Assembly: GCA_004764695.1 (NCBI GenBank)
Contig: SMSO01000014.1
Location: 5,404,845-5,468,844, forward strand
Length of the DNA stretch: 64,000 nt
Origin: Schizochytrium sp. TIO01
Taxonomy: Eukaryota; Protista; Bigyra: Labyrinthulomycetes
Reading direction: 5' to 3'
The notes under the pieces were generated by a model. It ran no database searches. It had not been told where the DNA came from and saw only the letters and a list, made by a program, of their open reading frames with translations. The first letter of the stretch is position 1. Each line of letters begins with the position of its first letter. This document shows positions 13,401 to 23,888 of this stretch, in pieces. A program made the translations under genes and the position numbers.

Positions 13401-14961
13401 CCTGCGCGAAATCATTGCCAGCGTTGTCTTTGGAGGTAGTATCTCTACTTCTTCGCGTGTACAAACTGTGCTCAATTGGTTCGACCGAATTCTCACGACG
13501 GCTGGTCGATCGTTGCCCCGAACTGTTGTGCGCCCGCCCCATCACAGTCTGTGGTTGACTTTTCAAAAGGGAGATGCTCTTCTAACTGTTCTGCATCAGT
13601 ACTTTCCTGATGCAGTTCGCCTTGATGCAGTTTTTGATGAACCCAAAGACAGCGATGAGATACGATCTAATGCAGAAGAATTGCTGGGTCACCTTAAGAT
13701 GCTTGCTGTACCTAGTGGCCTTGTAGTTGACGACTTTGAAGAACCCCACGCCGATTCTCTTGAGTTTCTCGTTTTGCTTCTCTTTGCCATTCGAAGCCGT
13801 CTACGGGCTGAGCGTGCTGTACGGGGGGGCGGGACGGGTGGTTTGGTGTTTCGTAATCGTACATTCTCAGAAGCATCCACAGCTGAACATGGGTCTATGT
13901 TGGAGGCTTCTGAAGCTGACGAGCACCGGCCAGAATCTGCTACGCAACACCTTCCGTGGCGAAGCTATAGTAATCAAGAATCTGCTTTGGGTGAGACTTA
14001 TTCTTCTTTTTACTCTCCCCATTCGAATGTATCATCTCAGCCCTCGCCACCACCCCCTCCTCTTCCAGGACACTCTCCGCCACCTCCGCCGCCGTTTTCA
14101 TCACCGTTGGGATCGCCAGGATTTGGAGTGTCACCGCAAATGAAATCTCATGCTGGCTGGGATAATTCTGATGAATCTCCGTCTTCAGATGACCAAAGTG
14201 GCTCTGTAGAACGCCCAGTCCAGCCTATAGCGGACAACCGTCGTTACCAGGGTGAAAATGAAAACTTTAGCGCAAATGCAGACATGGGCTGGGACAAGGA
14301 AATGCAGCCTCAAGAGGACGACGTTGCTGATGCATATGAAAAGAACAATCGTGATCCCAGGCCCAGGAGTTCTCCGAGGGAAAAACTCTCAGATCGTCAG
14401 CAAATTGATTTTCAATCTTCAAGCACTGGAGATTCAGCTCTCTTCGAGCAAGAAATTGCCTTGCATGAGCGCAGGCTCATGCGCGAACACGAGGAACGTT
14501 TCCGCGCTCGCATTGCACAGCGCAAAAAACAGATTCAAGAGCATGGCCAACAGCAGGTTGCTGCGTCTCGCTCCACCAGTACCTCTCAAGAAAAACTACG
14601 TGCTGGTGAGTTTGACCACCAGGAAAAACTTGAGGTTGCCCGTTCATTCTTTCATCGGCGACAGGTCATCATATATAAACGTGATTTGTGTGCACGCTGT
14701 GAATTGAGCCTCTCAGGCTCTCAGCTTGAGTGGAAATCGTTGCCAAGTGAACCCCGCACTGTCGGGTATCTTCTTTTGGGTGATATTGATTCCGTTAATC
14801 TCAATAATGCTGCAGACCTCCGTGTGGAGGTGACTCTCCAGCGGGCGCATCACAAAACGCGCTTACATTTGCAAGGCCTAACTGAAAAGGATACGCTCAC
14901 GCTTTTTGCAAATCTTAATGCCCTCCTTCTTCCACATCTCCATCATCCACGTTACTCGTAA
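10414..14961 (+). CDS. Large Ser/Pro-rich protein with an EF-hand-like segment, two calponin-homology-like domains and a C-terminal PH-like domain
   Basis: 1515-aa ORF. CH-like LWINEL...FQNGTLFCKLVDVL and VLNWFDRIL...FQKGDALLTVLHQYFPDAV. EF-like FDERGDGEIAKNDL. Poly-Pro tracts. Confidence 0.75.
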   Translation: MSAAPGPEGPEPPPPSSTPPVWAFRGQHSDRSLNAGGHDDAGDQLLPSVSGLSNTNATTDEREPSSAASVSSTSSWQAVVAARAASLREGRPSPTSSTSPRSASSVASNANISTTSKSSTTNIHRTSRTGSGSLNSKYSQSSSNSNLNLKPQTSGIPRPPMPSSSSTPAKQISTANDMSPPTVPSPPPSPEFSSASSESSSCADVDRIKAQEDTMPLPVIFTPPAPPATSRKPRSLSSRSERSYESGSEPGAGRRRVPLPQGPPPPQDPPPAAAGLKFIPPPPPPPPTSASLAKTAVRHKPHIPLPQGPPPPLADANKSGSSAGSRHQQQHQDQDEDYETSASSSAGDDFAERADHRGVSLRERLEAIRRQTIEAWMDDSDHSMREDPILEETDADIEYENEHVERRSLVGTSRRSSINSTKSAASKENDVKVSSSPRGSFSTGARPADLDENNPERKHQEQDKEPSHLEDREGHNIENFQREEAGRATHLPPLKVVATQSSSAVTTAPAGGASRRLSQKASEGSEPSSTASQSYLGQESVDSDLIHFMRAPDYPPPPSSEDGSTTAKVFFPYEYPESMQENPIERQSDHSLQQWVHQSASGPFKTSLPPPPSHLPSSRTTFSKPIQHSDLISQPNLSAEHRSQESHSFHVQGEQHSEVYFADGSPGVNKQGDDSLNRENQRDVVQHQKLHQQANENTTHVRRQSTLDNDSYDDDESSFGGFIVPPPQALTEHQALDAILAILKESLEDFESRGYKVVPRRRVHEVVMWFDERGDGEIAKNDLAPLLVESLGLPIEDEAQISKLARAMNRGVPADYKVPYMLLMQAADEFALQMHKRRSTFRSKSTPFPLAILSSAVRASSSPCPPNGAEMPAPTPRSAEAYRRLARYALWINELRIWPEHVDVEVLQMNFQNGTLFCKLVDVLMTQWNSRGQVSSGPSDLFRGVHWNIRGLTRSPCLKNIETGLSVVWKQRGITARNMPTAVQVYSGDPRAICSLLREIIASVVFGGSISTSSRVQTVLNWFDRILTTAGRSLPRTVVRPPHHSLWLTFQKGDALLTVLHQYFPDAVRLDAVFDEPKDSDEIRSNAEELLGHLKMLAVPSGLVVDDFEEPHADSLEFLVLLLFAIRSRLRAERAVRGGGTGGLVFRNRTFSEASTAEHGSMLEASEADEHRPESATQHLPWRSYSNQESALGETYSSFYSPHSNVSSQPSPPPPPLPGHSPPPPPPFSSPLGSPGFGVSPQMKSHAGWDNSDESPSSDDQSGSVERPVQPIADNRRYQGENENFSANADMGWDKEMQPQEDDVADAYEKNNRDPRPRSSPREKLSDRQQIDFQSSSTGDSALFEQEIALHERRLMREHEERFRARIAQRKKQIQEHGQQQVAASRSTSTSQEKLRAGEFDHQEKLEVARSFFHRRQVIIYKRDLCARCELSLSGSQLEWKSLPSEPRTVGYLLLGDIDSVNLNNAADLRVEVTLQRAHHKTRLHLQGLTEKDTLTLFANLNALLLPHLHHPRYS

Positions 14962-16512
14962 TTAAATGTAGTAAATACTTTGTATGAATGGGCTTCTTCT
15001 AGCGCAATATTATCTGCCTAGCTGTTGCTCAACCTGTTCCTTTAAGGTTTGTTTCAATGTCATGATATCATTTGTAGTACTTCCTACCTGCTAGGTACGA
15101 CTCCACATGAATTCCCCAAAACGAGAGAATTCTACCAATAGTGGTCAATCGTGCCACTGAAGTAAATGAACAAGTTTCTTCCTTCGTTTCCACCAGGAGT
15201 GTGTATTGGAATCCGCACCATCCAAATATAGATAGTCAGCGCAGTAATTTATTCACCCCCATTTGCCCTAGTATAATGTATATATTTTAAAAAATAAATT
15301 AATAATTGTTTTTTAAAAGCCTAGTAGACACATTGCACAGGAGGCGTCGTTGTTGATTGAGATCTTCTGTCTTCACTGTTGCCAGTTCAGTCAGAATGAG
15401 GCTATTCCAGACAATTTTCTTAGTGAGGTTTCAGGGCAATCAAAGTGTTAAGTGTTCGAAACAATCATAGCTACTTTATGCAAGGCAAGCTCATCGTGCC
15501 TTTGTGAGTTGCTGGGCTAATACATCCTAATTTCTGTCTTGACATTATCATGTCTGCCTTGCCTCGTGCTACAGCGTGTATTAAATAACATCATCCTCCA
15601 CGATTAAGATGATACAGCTTATTCTCATTTATTTATTTGTTTGCTTTTTAAACCCAACCCTTCATACGTTCCTGTGCATTTGCGAAGAGTTTGCACAGAA
15701 TGTACAAATAAGTCAAAACCTCAACGCAAACGCCCAAGTCAACAACAGTTCCTCACAATTTAAAACTACTAAGTAGGTACCACTATAATTATGATTATTT
15801 AGAAAATGCAAAAAATGCAAACTACAACAACAACAATACAAATGATACTATACTGAGGGTGTAAATATATTACAGTTTATTTTGATATTGGGCGCCTTGA
15901 GTTTTAAAGATGTGGTTAATAAAAAATAAAAAAATAAATAAAAAGACATCTGTGTTGAATAGCATAATAAATAATAAATAATAATAATAATACTAAATGG
16001 CAATTTACCCCTCACTGTTTTATGTTGTTCATTAGGCATGCACATGCTTATTTCTCCATGAAAACGTCCCAGCCTTTCCTCAATAATTCAATATACTCTG
16101 AACAAGCTTGATATCCATACGCTTTAACCCGAGGAACGTCTATCGTGTGGCCTCTTTGCTCTAGCTGGAGATGCTTTCACGGGTGTAACGAATTAATAAA
16201 GGTGAATGAAACGAATTAATAAAGGTGAATGAATACACATGCAGCCGCCAGCTTCACATAATCCAGTCAGACCCTATGAAAAGTGGCATTCTGTGGGTTT
16301 ATTACCTAACTACGTTTCCACTGCTGACGATCATCTCTACATAGTTCTTGATCCCTCTGCCGCATGCAAGATGTGTTGCACGGACCACTCCGCAGCCAAT
16401 ACAGCCTGCAACGCGCTCTCGGACCCACTCTCGCCCTCGGTTCGTTTCTTTAAGCACAGCTGTCTTCGGTAGCTCAGGAGTGCCTCCACCTACACGCGAG
16501 GAGCCTCCTTTC

Positions 16513-16607
16513 TTCCCAGTCGTGCTCATTCTCTAGCTCTAGAGAGCAGCAGCAGCAGCAGCAGCGTCTTCCCAGTCGTGCTCATTCGCTAGCTAGAGCA
16601 GCGGCAG

Positions 16608-16646
<39 letters not shown>
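16513..16646. repeat. Short duplication (cccagtcgtgctcatt) with (CAG)n tracts
   Basis: Two copies of ttcccagtcgtgctcatt, each followed by agc repeats. Confidence 0.8.
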
Positions 16647-16647
<1 letters not shown>

Positions 16648-18222
16648 TCAACCAAATGACCCCGCTTACTACTACTTCCCAGGAGCCGAAGCAAACGGCC
16701 CGCTCAGCCCCCTTCCAAAGGCAGCTTCCGCTTGCCAGCTAGCCAGCTAGCCCCCTCGCCAGCCACGAGCCCTCGAGGCCTCCATCGCAAGCTCTGCCGC
16801 GGCCCTCAATTGCTTTTCGAGCTTTGCTCAATCCTCCGTTCTCAGAATCCCTTTAATTCCTATCTTCGGGGACTCCTACCGCCACATAGTTGAGTCCTAT
16901 GGGACCCGAATACGCTGCTCTGCGCCATCACCTCTTATTGGTAGGAGTGTCTAATGGTCAGTAGGAGTGCTCTCTATTCTTCGCAGTGCTCATTTCATTT
17001 CGTTTCGTTTGTTTGTTTATTACGTATCGTTCCATTGCGCGTTCTTTTATTGATTGATTCATTCAAAGTGATTGAGTGATGGATTGAGTGATTGATTTCG
17101 TCTGTTTGAAGGTGAATGAGCTGAAGGTTGGAGAGTGGGGTTGGGCGCCAGAAGAAGCTGCCGTCTTCGAAGGGACGCCGCTGCAGGAGGCGAGCAGAAG
17201 GCGCAGCTCCAAAGAGCGGCCTCTCACAGATGAGAAGCGAAGACTTTTCATGAAATTCATTTCTACGCCTTACTCACCCACTTACTTATTTACTTATTTA
17301 TACTTACTTTGAAGATTGATGTCTTTATTAATTTATTAATTTAATTATTTAATTATGAAATGTTATTTACATATGTAAACTTATAAAACAGAATCTCAAA
17401 GCAAAAACTATGGATATGATATGGATATGTATGATACCATACATATTAAGGCCTCGAAAGAGATGCGGAGTTCTACGAAGAGGGAGATCCTCTTGAGAAC
17501 AACTCGCGCAGAAGACCAAGAGAGCAGAAGGCCGCAGAGACACGCAAGCACGCACGGAGGCCTGCGAAGAGGGCGCGGGAGACAGTGCCGCGGCCTGCAA
17601 AAGAGGGAGGGTTTGGGCGCTTTCATCGATTGGTCCCATTCCTCATTTAGGAATGAAAGTAAACAGAGAAGTAAACAAATTTTAAAGCAAATACATAGGA
17701 CACATAGTACACATGGTACACAACGCAACAACTCGACAACTCAACAAATTGACATCTCAACAAATGTACAAATCAACAAATGTACAAATCAACGCGGGGG
17801 AATCTGATGCTGGTCTGTTGGTTCGTGTGTTTGCTTGTGTGTTTGCTTGTTCGCAGCTTGGAATGGGAAACGAATTTCGTTTAGTCTTACTTCCTTTCGC
17901 TTTCCCTGGTTTCAAGGTTTTCGACCCTGTCAACTCGTACGAGTAGGACTCTACTATCGGTAACTGTAGGAGGTGCGGTCCCTGCTGTCGCTGTCTTTGT
18001 TGAGCGAACTTATTGAGGAAACCATCGTCCTCTCCGTATGATTCGTCGGCGAGGAAGCTGTGAGAGCGGCACTGCAGAGGACGCAAACGAGGAGGGGTGG
18101 CTTAGCATGGCCCAAGCAGAGGACAGCCAGCCCGCACCCAAGAGCGTAGGGAGAAGAGGGTTTGCGGAGTGCCGTGAAGTGGAGTGACCTCTCCTTCTGT
18201 CGTTTGCTTATTTGTTTCAAGT

Positions 18223-18270
<48 letters not shown>
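18223..18270. repeat. (TTTC)n microsatellite
   Basis: Direct reading. Confidence 0.9.
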
Positions 18271-18599
18271 TTAGGTGAGTCAGTCATAATGAATGATTGT
18301 TCTTTGGTTCACTTATTGTAAGAGTGAGTGACGATGAGCGATGATCAATCAATCAATGAATCAATGAATGTCATGAAATGCAATTCCGTGGGCAGAGCAG
18401 ATGGGCGGACACGAGTCGAGCTTTCTATGTTGGACCGCAAGCTGGGCGTGGACAGGGTGTGGGGATGCGTGCAGCAGAGCAGCACCTGTCCACGCAGAAG
18501 GGCGGGGTTCTTCTGCTCGTCTTCTTTTGGAAAAGGAAGAGTTCCTACCTATCATCACGAGTTTTAGTGTTCGTTTTGTTGTTATGGTTTGTTTTAATG

Positions 18600-18602
18600 T
18601 AA

Positions 18603-18661
<59 letters not shown>

Positions 18662-18695
18662 ATTGATTGATTGATCGATTGATTGATTGATTGAT
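18600..18695. repeat. (TAAA)n followed by (TTGA)n microsatellite
   Basis: Direct reading. Confidence 0.9.
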
Positions 18696-19079
18696 TTATC
18701 TGTTTATTCGTAGTGATGAAATCAGATAACTTCCTTCTGATAAGGGTGAATACTGCTCATGTAAGCATACAGATAGATAGATTACTATGGGTCGTAAACG
18801 ATATTCCTGAAGAAGCTAATCAGAGAATCGTAGTACATAATAGATAGATAGATGGCATGATAGATAGATACCCCAGCACCTACGTAGTACGTACATACCT
18901 AGGTAGGTAGCTGCTGCAAGAGCAGTCCCGCAACTTGCAGCAGACCCGCAATAGAAGTCGTGGCTGTGCCCAGCGCCTCTTCTCTTGTCTTGTCTTGCGT
19001 TGTCTCGCTTGTTTCCGCTGTTTCTCAGACAGACCTTGAGAGCACGTTTCTTTACTCGGCAACTTTCTAAGTCCTCAAC

Positions 19080-20530
19080 ATGGCACTCTTTGGCGGCAGC
19101 ACCATGGCTGCTCTGCGCAGCGCAGCTCGCCTCCAGACCAAGCTCTCCGTGCGCGGCCTGAGCACCAAGACTGAGCTCTCCCCTGGCGCCAAGGTTGGCG
19201 TTGTGGGCCTTGGCCTCATGGGTCACGGTATCGCCCAGCTTGCCGCGGATAAGGCCGGATTCCAGGTCGTGGCACTCGACACCAACCCTCAGGCGATGGA
19301 GAAGGGACTCAAGGCAATTGAGAACTCCCTGGGCAAGGTCTACGCCAAGAAGCTCAAGGATGCTGACAGCAGCGAGGTCGAGAAGAAGGTCAAGAGCGTG
19401 ATGAGCCAGATTCACGGCACATCTGACGTCAACGACCTCAAGGGCTGCGAGATCGTCGTCGAGGCCATTATCGAAAACCTTGAGATCAAGAAGAAATTCT
19501 ACAAACAGCTTGGCGAGGTCTGCGACAAAGACACCATCCTTGCCTCCAACACCTCCTCTTTCCCCATCGGACACCTTGCGGACGCCTCTGGCCGCCCGGA
19601 CAAGGTCGTCGGCGTAAGTTACCCTGCTTTTTGCAATACAACCATGCCTTTCTCCTTTTCCCTAGCTAAAGACACTGGCTGCAGCAACCTATGACTATGA
19701 TGACATTGGCATTCAAGCAGATGCATCTGGCTTCGTGCCCTGAAGATCTATCCAGGCAATTGTGTTTAGATGCAAGCGACTTCGTATAGGTTTCATGTTT
19801 CATATCCTTATGTCCAATGATTGCAATGGAACACTACAGGGGTCATGAACTGTCTTGACTCAAGGTTCAAAGGGAGATGGTAATGGCGAGGGAAATCGTT
19901 TGAAAGGGACCATGAAATATGAAAACTAACTTGATTGCATTGCTTGTGCCGAATGTGTTTCGACATCTCCACTCTTCCTTCGCTTGCTTGCACCCATGCA
20001 ACTTGCGGCGACCGTTCATGATTGGATCAATGAATATATGGCACCTAACGATACATCTGTATGAATAGCTTCACTTTTTCAACCCCGTGCAAATGATGAA
20101 CCTCTGTGAGGTTGTGGATGCCAAGGGCACCAGTGATGAGACCCTCAAGGTTGCCATGGACTTTGCAAACAAGGTTCAGCGCTACCCCGTTGTGTGCCAG
20201 GATACCCCCGGTTTTGTTGTCAACCGTCTTCTCGTCCCCTACATTGCCCAGGCCCTTGCCATGTACGACCGCGGTGTTGCTTCCACCAAGGATATTGATG
20301 AGGCTATGATGCGTGGTGCTGGCCACCCGATGGGCCCCTTCCACCTTGCTGACTACATTGGACACGACACCATCTACTCCATCATTGATGGCTGGAAGAC
20401 TATGTTCCCGGATGAGCCCGCCTTCATCATGCCCAAGTGCCTCGAGGAGCTTGTGGCTGCCGGCAAGCTCGGACGCAAGTCTGGCCAGGGCTTTTACAAG
20501 TGGGAGGGCAACAAGTGCATCAAGGAGTAA
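19080..20530 (+). CDS. HADH: Mitochondrial 3-hydroxyacyl-CoA (3-hydroxybutyryl-CoA) dehydrogenase; exons 19080-19613 and 20069-20530
   Basis: GLGLMGHGIAQ Rossmann motif, VEAIIENL and ASNTSS. Splicing GTAAGT (19614) to AG (20067-20068) restores VVG|LHFFNPV. Also DTPGFVVNRLL, GHPMGPF and GKLGRKSGQGFY. Arg/Ser-rich presequence. Confidence 0.95.
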
Positions 20531-21503
20531 AGAGTATAACCTTCTGTGTTTAACTTATGGTTCTTGCCTACTCTCGTATTCGACACAGCTCTTCCTTCTG
20601 CAAGCGCCATGATATTTGACCTCATTGATTGAGGCGTCGCTGGCCGGTGGTGTGACGCTCGCCGTATGAACACTGTTCTGTAATGCCTTAAGACTTAGTG
20701 TACTTCGGTAAACTCCTCTTTAGATTTTTATTTTTTTTTAAACTATGGTGATGGGTTTTGCTCTTTGTAAATGACACAGAAAACAGACTTTAGGTTATAT
20801 GTATAATCTACATAGGCTTTGATCCCATCGACAATACTGAAAGGCATCTATTATACATCGAGCGTGCGTTCCGGTTCTTGATTCACCAAGGTCAAAGATT
20901 CTGCCCTAGTTCGTGTCAACTTGTATAGATAACATAGATGTTCTCTCAAGCCTTATGCTGGTTGCATGATACTCATTTCTCTGCTCAGGTCCGTTGCTGG
21001 GATCTCTCTTTGCTTTGGGGCTAAAATGAAGAGTGCGTTTAAAAAAAAAAATGAAATTGAGTTCTCGTTGTGAATGAAAACAAAAAAAATACAAGAACAA
21101 GAACAAGATAAGCAGAGACGCTATAGAAACTCGGAGTGGAAAGCGCAAACAAACATGTGGTGAGCACTGTGTGCAAAATCCCACTTTTATCCCCTGCAGG
21201 TCAGACCTGTGTGCGAGTGAATGATCAAAGTTGTTCATATATATATATATATATAAATAAACACGCACGATACTAGACCACATCCCCACCGTCTCTCTCT
21301 CTCTCTCTCTTTGTATGAACGAAGCGGATTGTTCTCTTACTATTATTATATCTTCTGTATTCAATCATTGGCTCAAATCAGGTGCGAAGTCCAAACGAAA
21401 ATAAGAGGTGCAAGAAGAAACCGCCTATTGTAATTTGTCTTGATCATCAGGTCATGGGCTAACTAGCTAACAAGCAGCTAGCTAACTAGCATCAAATGTC
21501 TGC

Positions 21504-23888
21504 TTATCTCGAGCTTTTGGGCAACTGCTGGAATGCAGTTTGCCAACGCTTAGCTTGGGACATCAGGTCCGTTATATGGTACGTGCGTTTGGGTGTAACA
21601 ATATCAAAAGTTTTGCTGTTCTTGACATGGATGAAAACGTGACTATCAATCGGGATTTCGCCTTTCAAAACGACCTTAACTGGATCAACGTATAAGAACC
21701 GAGGTAGATCAGTGAGAATTAAGTGTCGTGTGTTGGTATGAAAGAGGCTCTTGCGCTTAACCACAAGGCCATCCAGCACAACATGCTCATTTGCCTTGAG
21801 AAACTGTGACAGCTCACCGACAACTGTGCGTCCACCACTAGAAGGACTGCTCAGAACACTTGGGTTGGAGGGCATGCCCGACTCGGGTGACACCTTACCT
21901 ACAGGTGAATCATTGATAATTCCAATCTCACCAGGAGGAGGGGGAGTAAGAGGAGAACTGATAATGTTCAACGGGCTATCTAACACTGGGGATGGGGTCT
22001 GGGAAACCTCAAGCGATGCCGCCATCTCTAACTCTGTAATATCTCCGGCCATCATCCAGTCATCAGACGCACCATCGAAAGTAGGTTCCGGAATATCGAT
22101 ACTGTATGGTAACGGAGGGGCCTCCTGGTTCGGCAAGTCATCCCAGTTCACTTGCTCAAAAAAGGGGTGAGACCGGAGCGCCTGCGGCCCGTTCGCTGAG
22201 TTCGCGTCGTACATGGGATTATGTGGAGTACAATTGTTGCCAGCACCCAAGCGCACCAAAGGGTTGGGTTGTAGCAAGGCATTGACGAGAGTTTGAGCAT
22301 CCTCAAGCTCAGCTTTTGCGAGCGGGGCCGGACCTGAGCTTGCAGAGAGAGTATTGGGAGATTCCATGTCGTATTCAATATTTGGAAAGGCTAAGAGTTC
22401 GTCACGGTTTCCATGGTTCATGATGAGTTGGAAAGTAAAGTACTCTGACCCTCCACGAAACGGAGGGCGACCAATTAACATCTGGTATACCATACACCCA
22501 ATCGCCCAAAGATCTGCGGCAACAGAAGGGTCCTGGTCCTGTAGAACTTCAGGGGAAACGTACTCTGCAGTGCCGCAGAAAGTGCCACGACGAGCACCAG
22601 GAGTTCGTCCAGACTCAGAAGAAGCTTGCACCGGGGTCTGCCGCGTGTTTTGTTCGCGTTCGTCCTTGACGGTTCCAAAGTCTGTCAACTTAATGTGCCG
22701 CGACTCGGTAATGAGAATGTTATCTGGCTTTACATCTCGGTGAATAAAACCTAGAGAGTGTAGGTGCTGCAAAGCAGCAATTGTTTCTGAAACGTAAAAC
22801 CTTGTCTCATCGAGTGAGCAAGCTCGATTCGTGATACCGAAACGAGTAAGCTGTTCGTCAGCTCGATGCCGGATATATTTCTGCAGTTCCCCACCCTTGC
22901 AAAGGTCCATCACAAGATACAGGTAACGAGAGTCGTGAAATGAGAAGTACAGTTTGGCGATCAGTGGGTGATCAACAAGACTGAGAACCTTCTTTTCCAT
23001 GTTCACAAAATTGACCTTACCCTCCTTAACAATAAAACGCTTCTCCATAACCTTGACAGCGTATAATTCGCCAGAGTTCTTCAATTTGCAGACATGAACT
23101 CGAGCGTATGCGCCTTCACCAAGAAGCTTACCCACCATGAAATTCGCGATGCACTTTCTCGGAGGTCCTACGCCGCTGCCTCCATTACCGCCGCCGCCGC
23201 CAGGAGCACCAGAACTACCTCCACTACCCCCACCTCCACGTAAGGATGGACTACGTCCACTGCGTGAAACGGACTTGCGGTGGTGATGAGATCTGCCATT
23301 CTTGGACGAGGACGGTGGCGTGAACGGAGGCAAATCGGGGGCTGCTGTTACCGAGGTTGACGATGCACGTCCTTGATGTGGCTGCGGCACTTTTGGGCTC
23401 TCTCCAGGCCCCTTAGCGGTGTCTCCCACTAAGTAGCTCTCTCCCCCCTCGCTATTCATCCGGCCAGACTCGTCGTCCCGATGTTGAATCTGCTCGAATT
23501 TATCCTTCTGTTCTTCCTCCTGGCCGCTGCTGTTTGTTTCCACGACACCTCGAGCGTCGACCTTTACAAAATCCGTCACTACTCTTTCGCCAGGCTCAGG
23601 AGCAAGTTCTGACAGTACTCTAGCCTCTTTTTGACCTCCTTCCATGTCGCTTGACTCTTGCTCTTGAATTTGGTCATGGAGTTGCTGTTCTTGTTGTTGA
23701 CCGAGCCGGAATCCATCTGGCTCTACCCCTTCCTCCTTGCTATCCTGATGTTGGGTCCGCTGCACCTCCATCTGATGCTGACTGGCCCCGATCTGATTAT
23801 CTCCATCAGCACCAAGAGCGACAGCATCGGTAGCGTCAGCGTCAGCGGCGTCAGCGGCAGAGCTCTTCGCGCCACCTTCCTCGGCCAT
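21504..23888 (-). CDS. PDPK1: 3-phosphoinositide-dependent protein kinase 1 (AGC kinase with C-terminal PH domain)
   Basis: LGEGAYARV, YAVKVMEK, HRDVKPDN, DFG and TFCGTAEYVSPEVL. PDK1-type PH (RHLILTDLPRFLYVDP...LKGEIP...TPKRTYHI). First ATG at 23888; the frame stays open to 23960. Confidence 0.93.
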   Translation of the reverse strand: MAEEGGAKSSAADAADADATDAVALGADGDNQIGASQHQMEVQRTQHQDSKEEGVEPDGFRLGQQQEQQLHDQIQEQESSDMEGGQKEARVLSELAPEPGERVVTDFVKVDARGVVETNSSGQEEEQKDKFEQIQHRDDESGRMNSEGGESYLVGDTAKGPGESPKVPQPHQGRASSTSVTAAPDLPPFTPPSSSKNGRSHHHRKSVSRSGRSPSLRGGGGSGGSSGAPGGGGGNGGSGVGPPRKCIANFMVGKLLGEGAYARVHVCKLKNSGELYAVKVMEKRFIVKEGKVNFVNMEKKVLSLVDHPLIAKLYFSFHDSRYLYLVMDLCKGGELQKYIRHRADEQLTRFGITNRACSLDETRFYVSETIAALQHLHSLGFIHRDVKPDNILITESRHIKLTDFGTVKDEREQNTRQTPVQASSESGRTPGARRGTFCGTAEYVSPEVLQDQDPSVAADLWAIGCMVYQMLIGRPPFRGGSEYFTFQLIMNHGNRDELLAFPNIEYDMESPNTLSASSGPAPLAKAELEDAQTLVNALLQPNPLVRLGAGNNCTPHNPMYDANSANGPQALRSHPFFEQVNWDDLPNQEAPPLPYSIDIPEPTFDGASDDWMMAGDITELEMAASLEVSQTPSPVLDSPLNIISSPLTPPPPGEIGIINDSPVGKVSPESGMPSNPSVLSSPSSGGRTVVGELSQFLKANEHVVLDGLVVKRKSLFHTNTRHLILTDLPRFLYVDPVKVVLKGEIPIDSHVFIHVKNSKTFDIVTPKRTYHITDLMSQAKRWQTAFQQLPKSSR

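Noticed and set aside
16239-18613. Short ORFs between the CH protein gene and HADH
   Set aside because: Low-complexity, microsatellite-laden sequence; I could not build a consistent spliced model.
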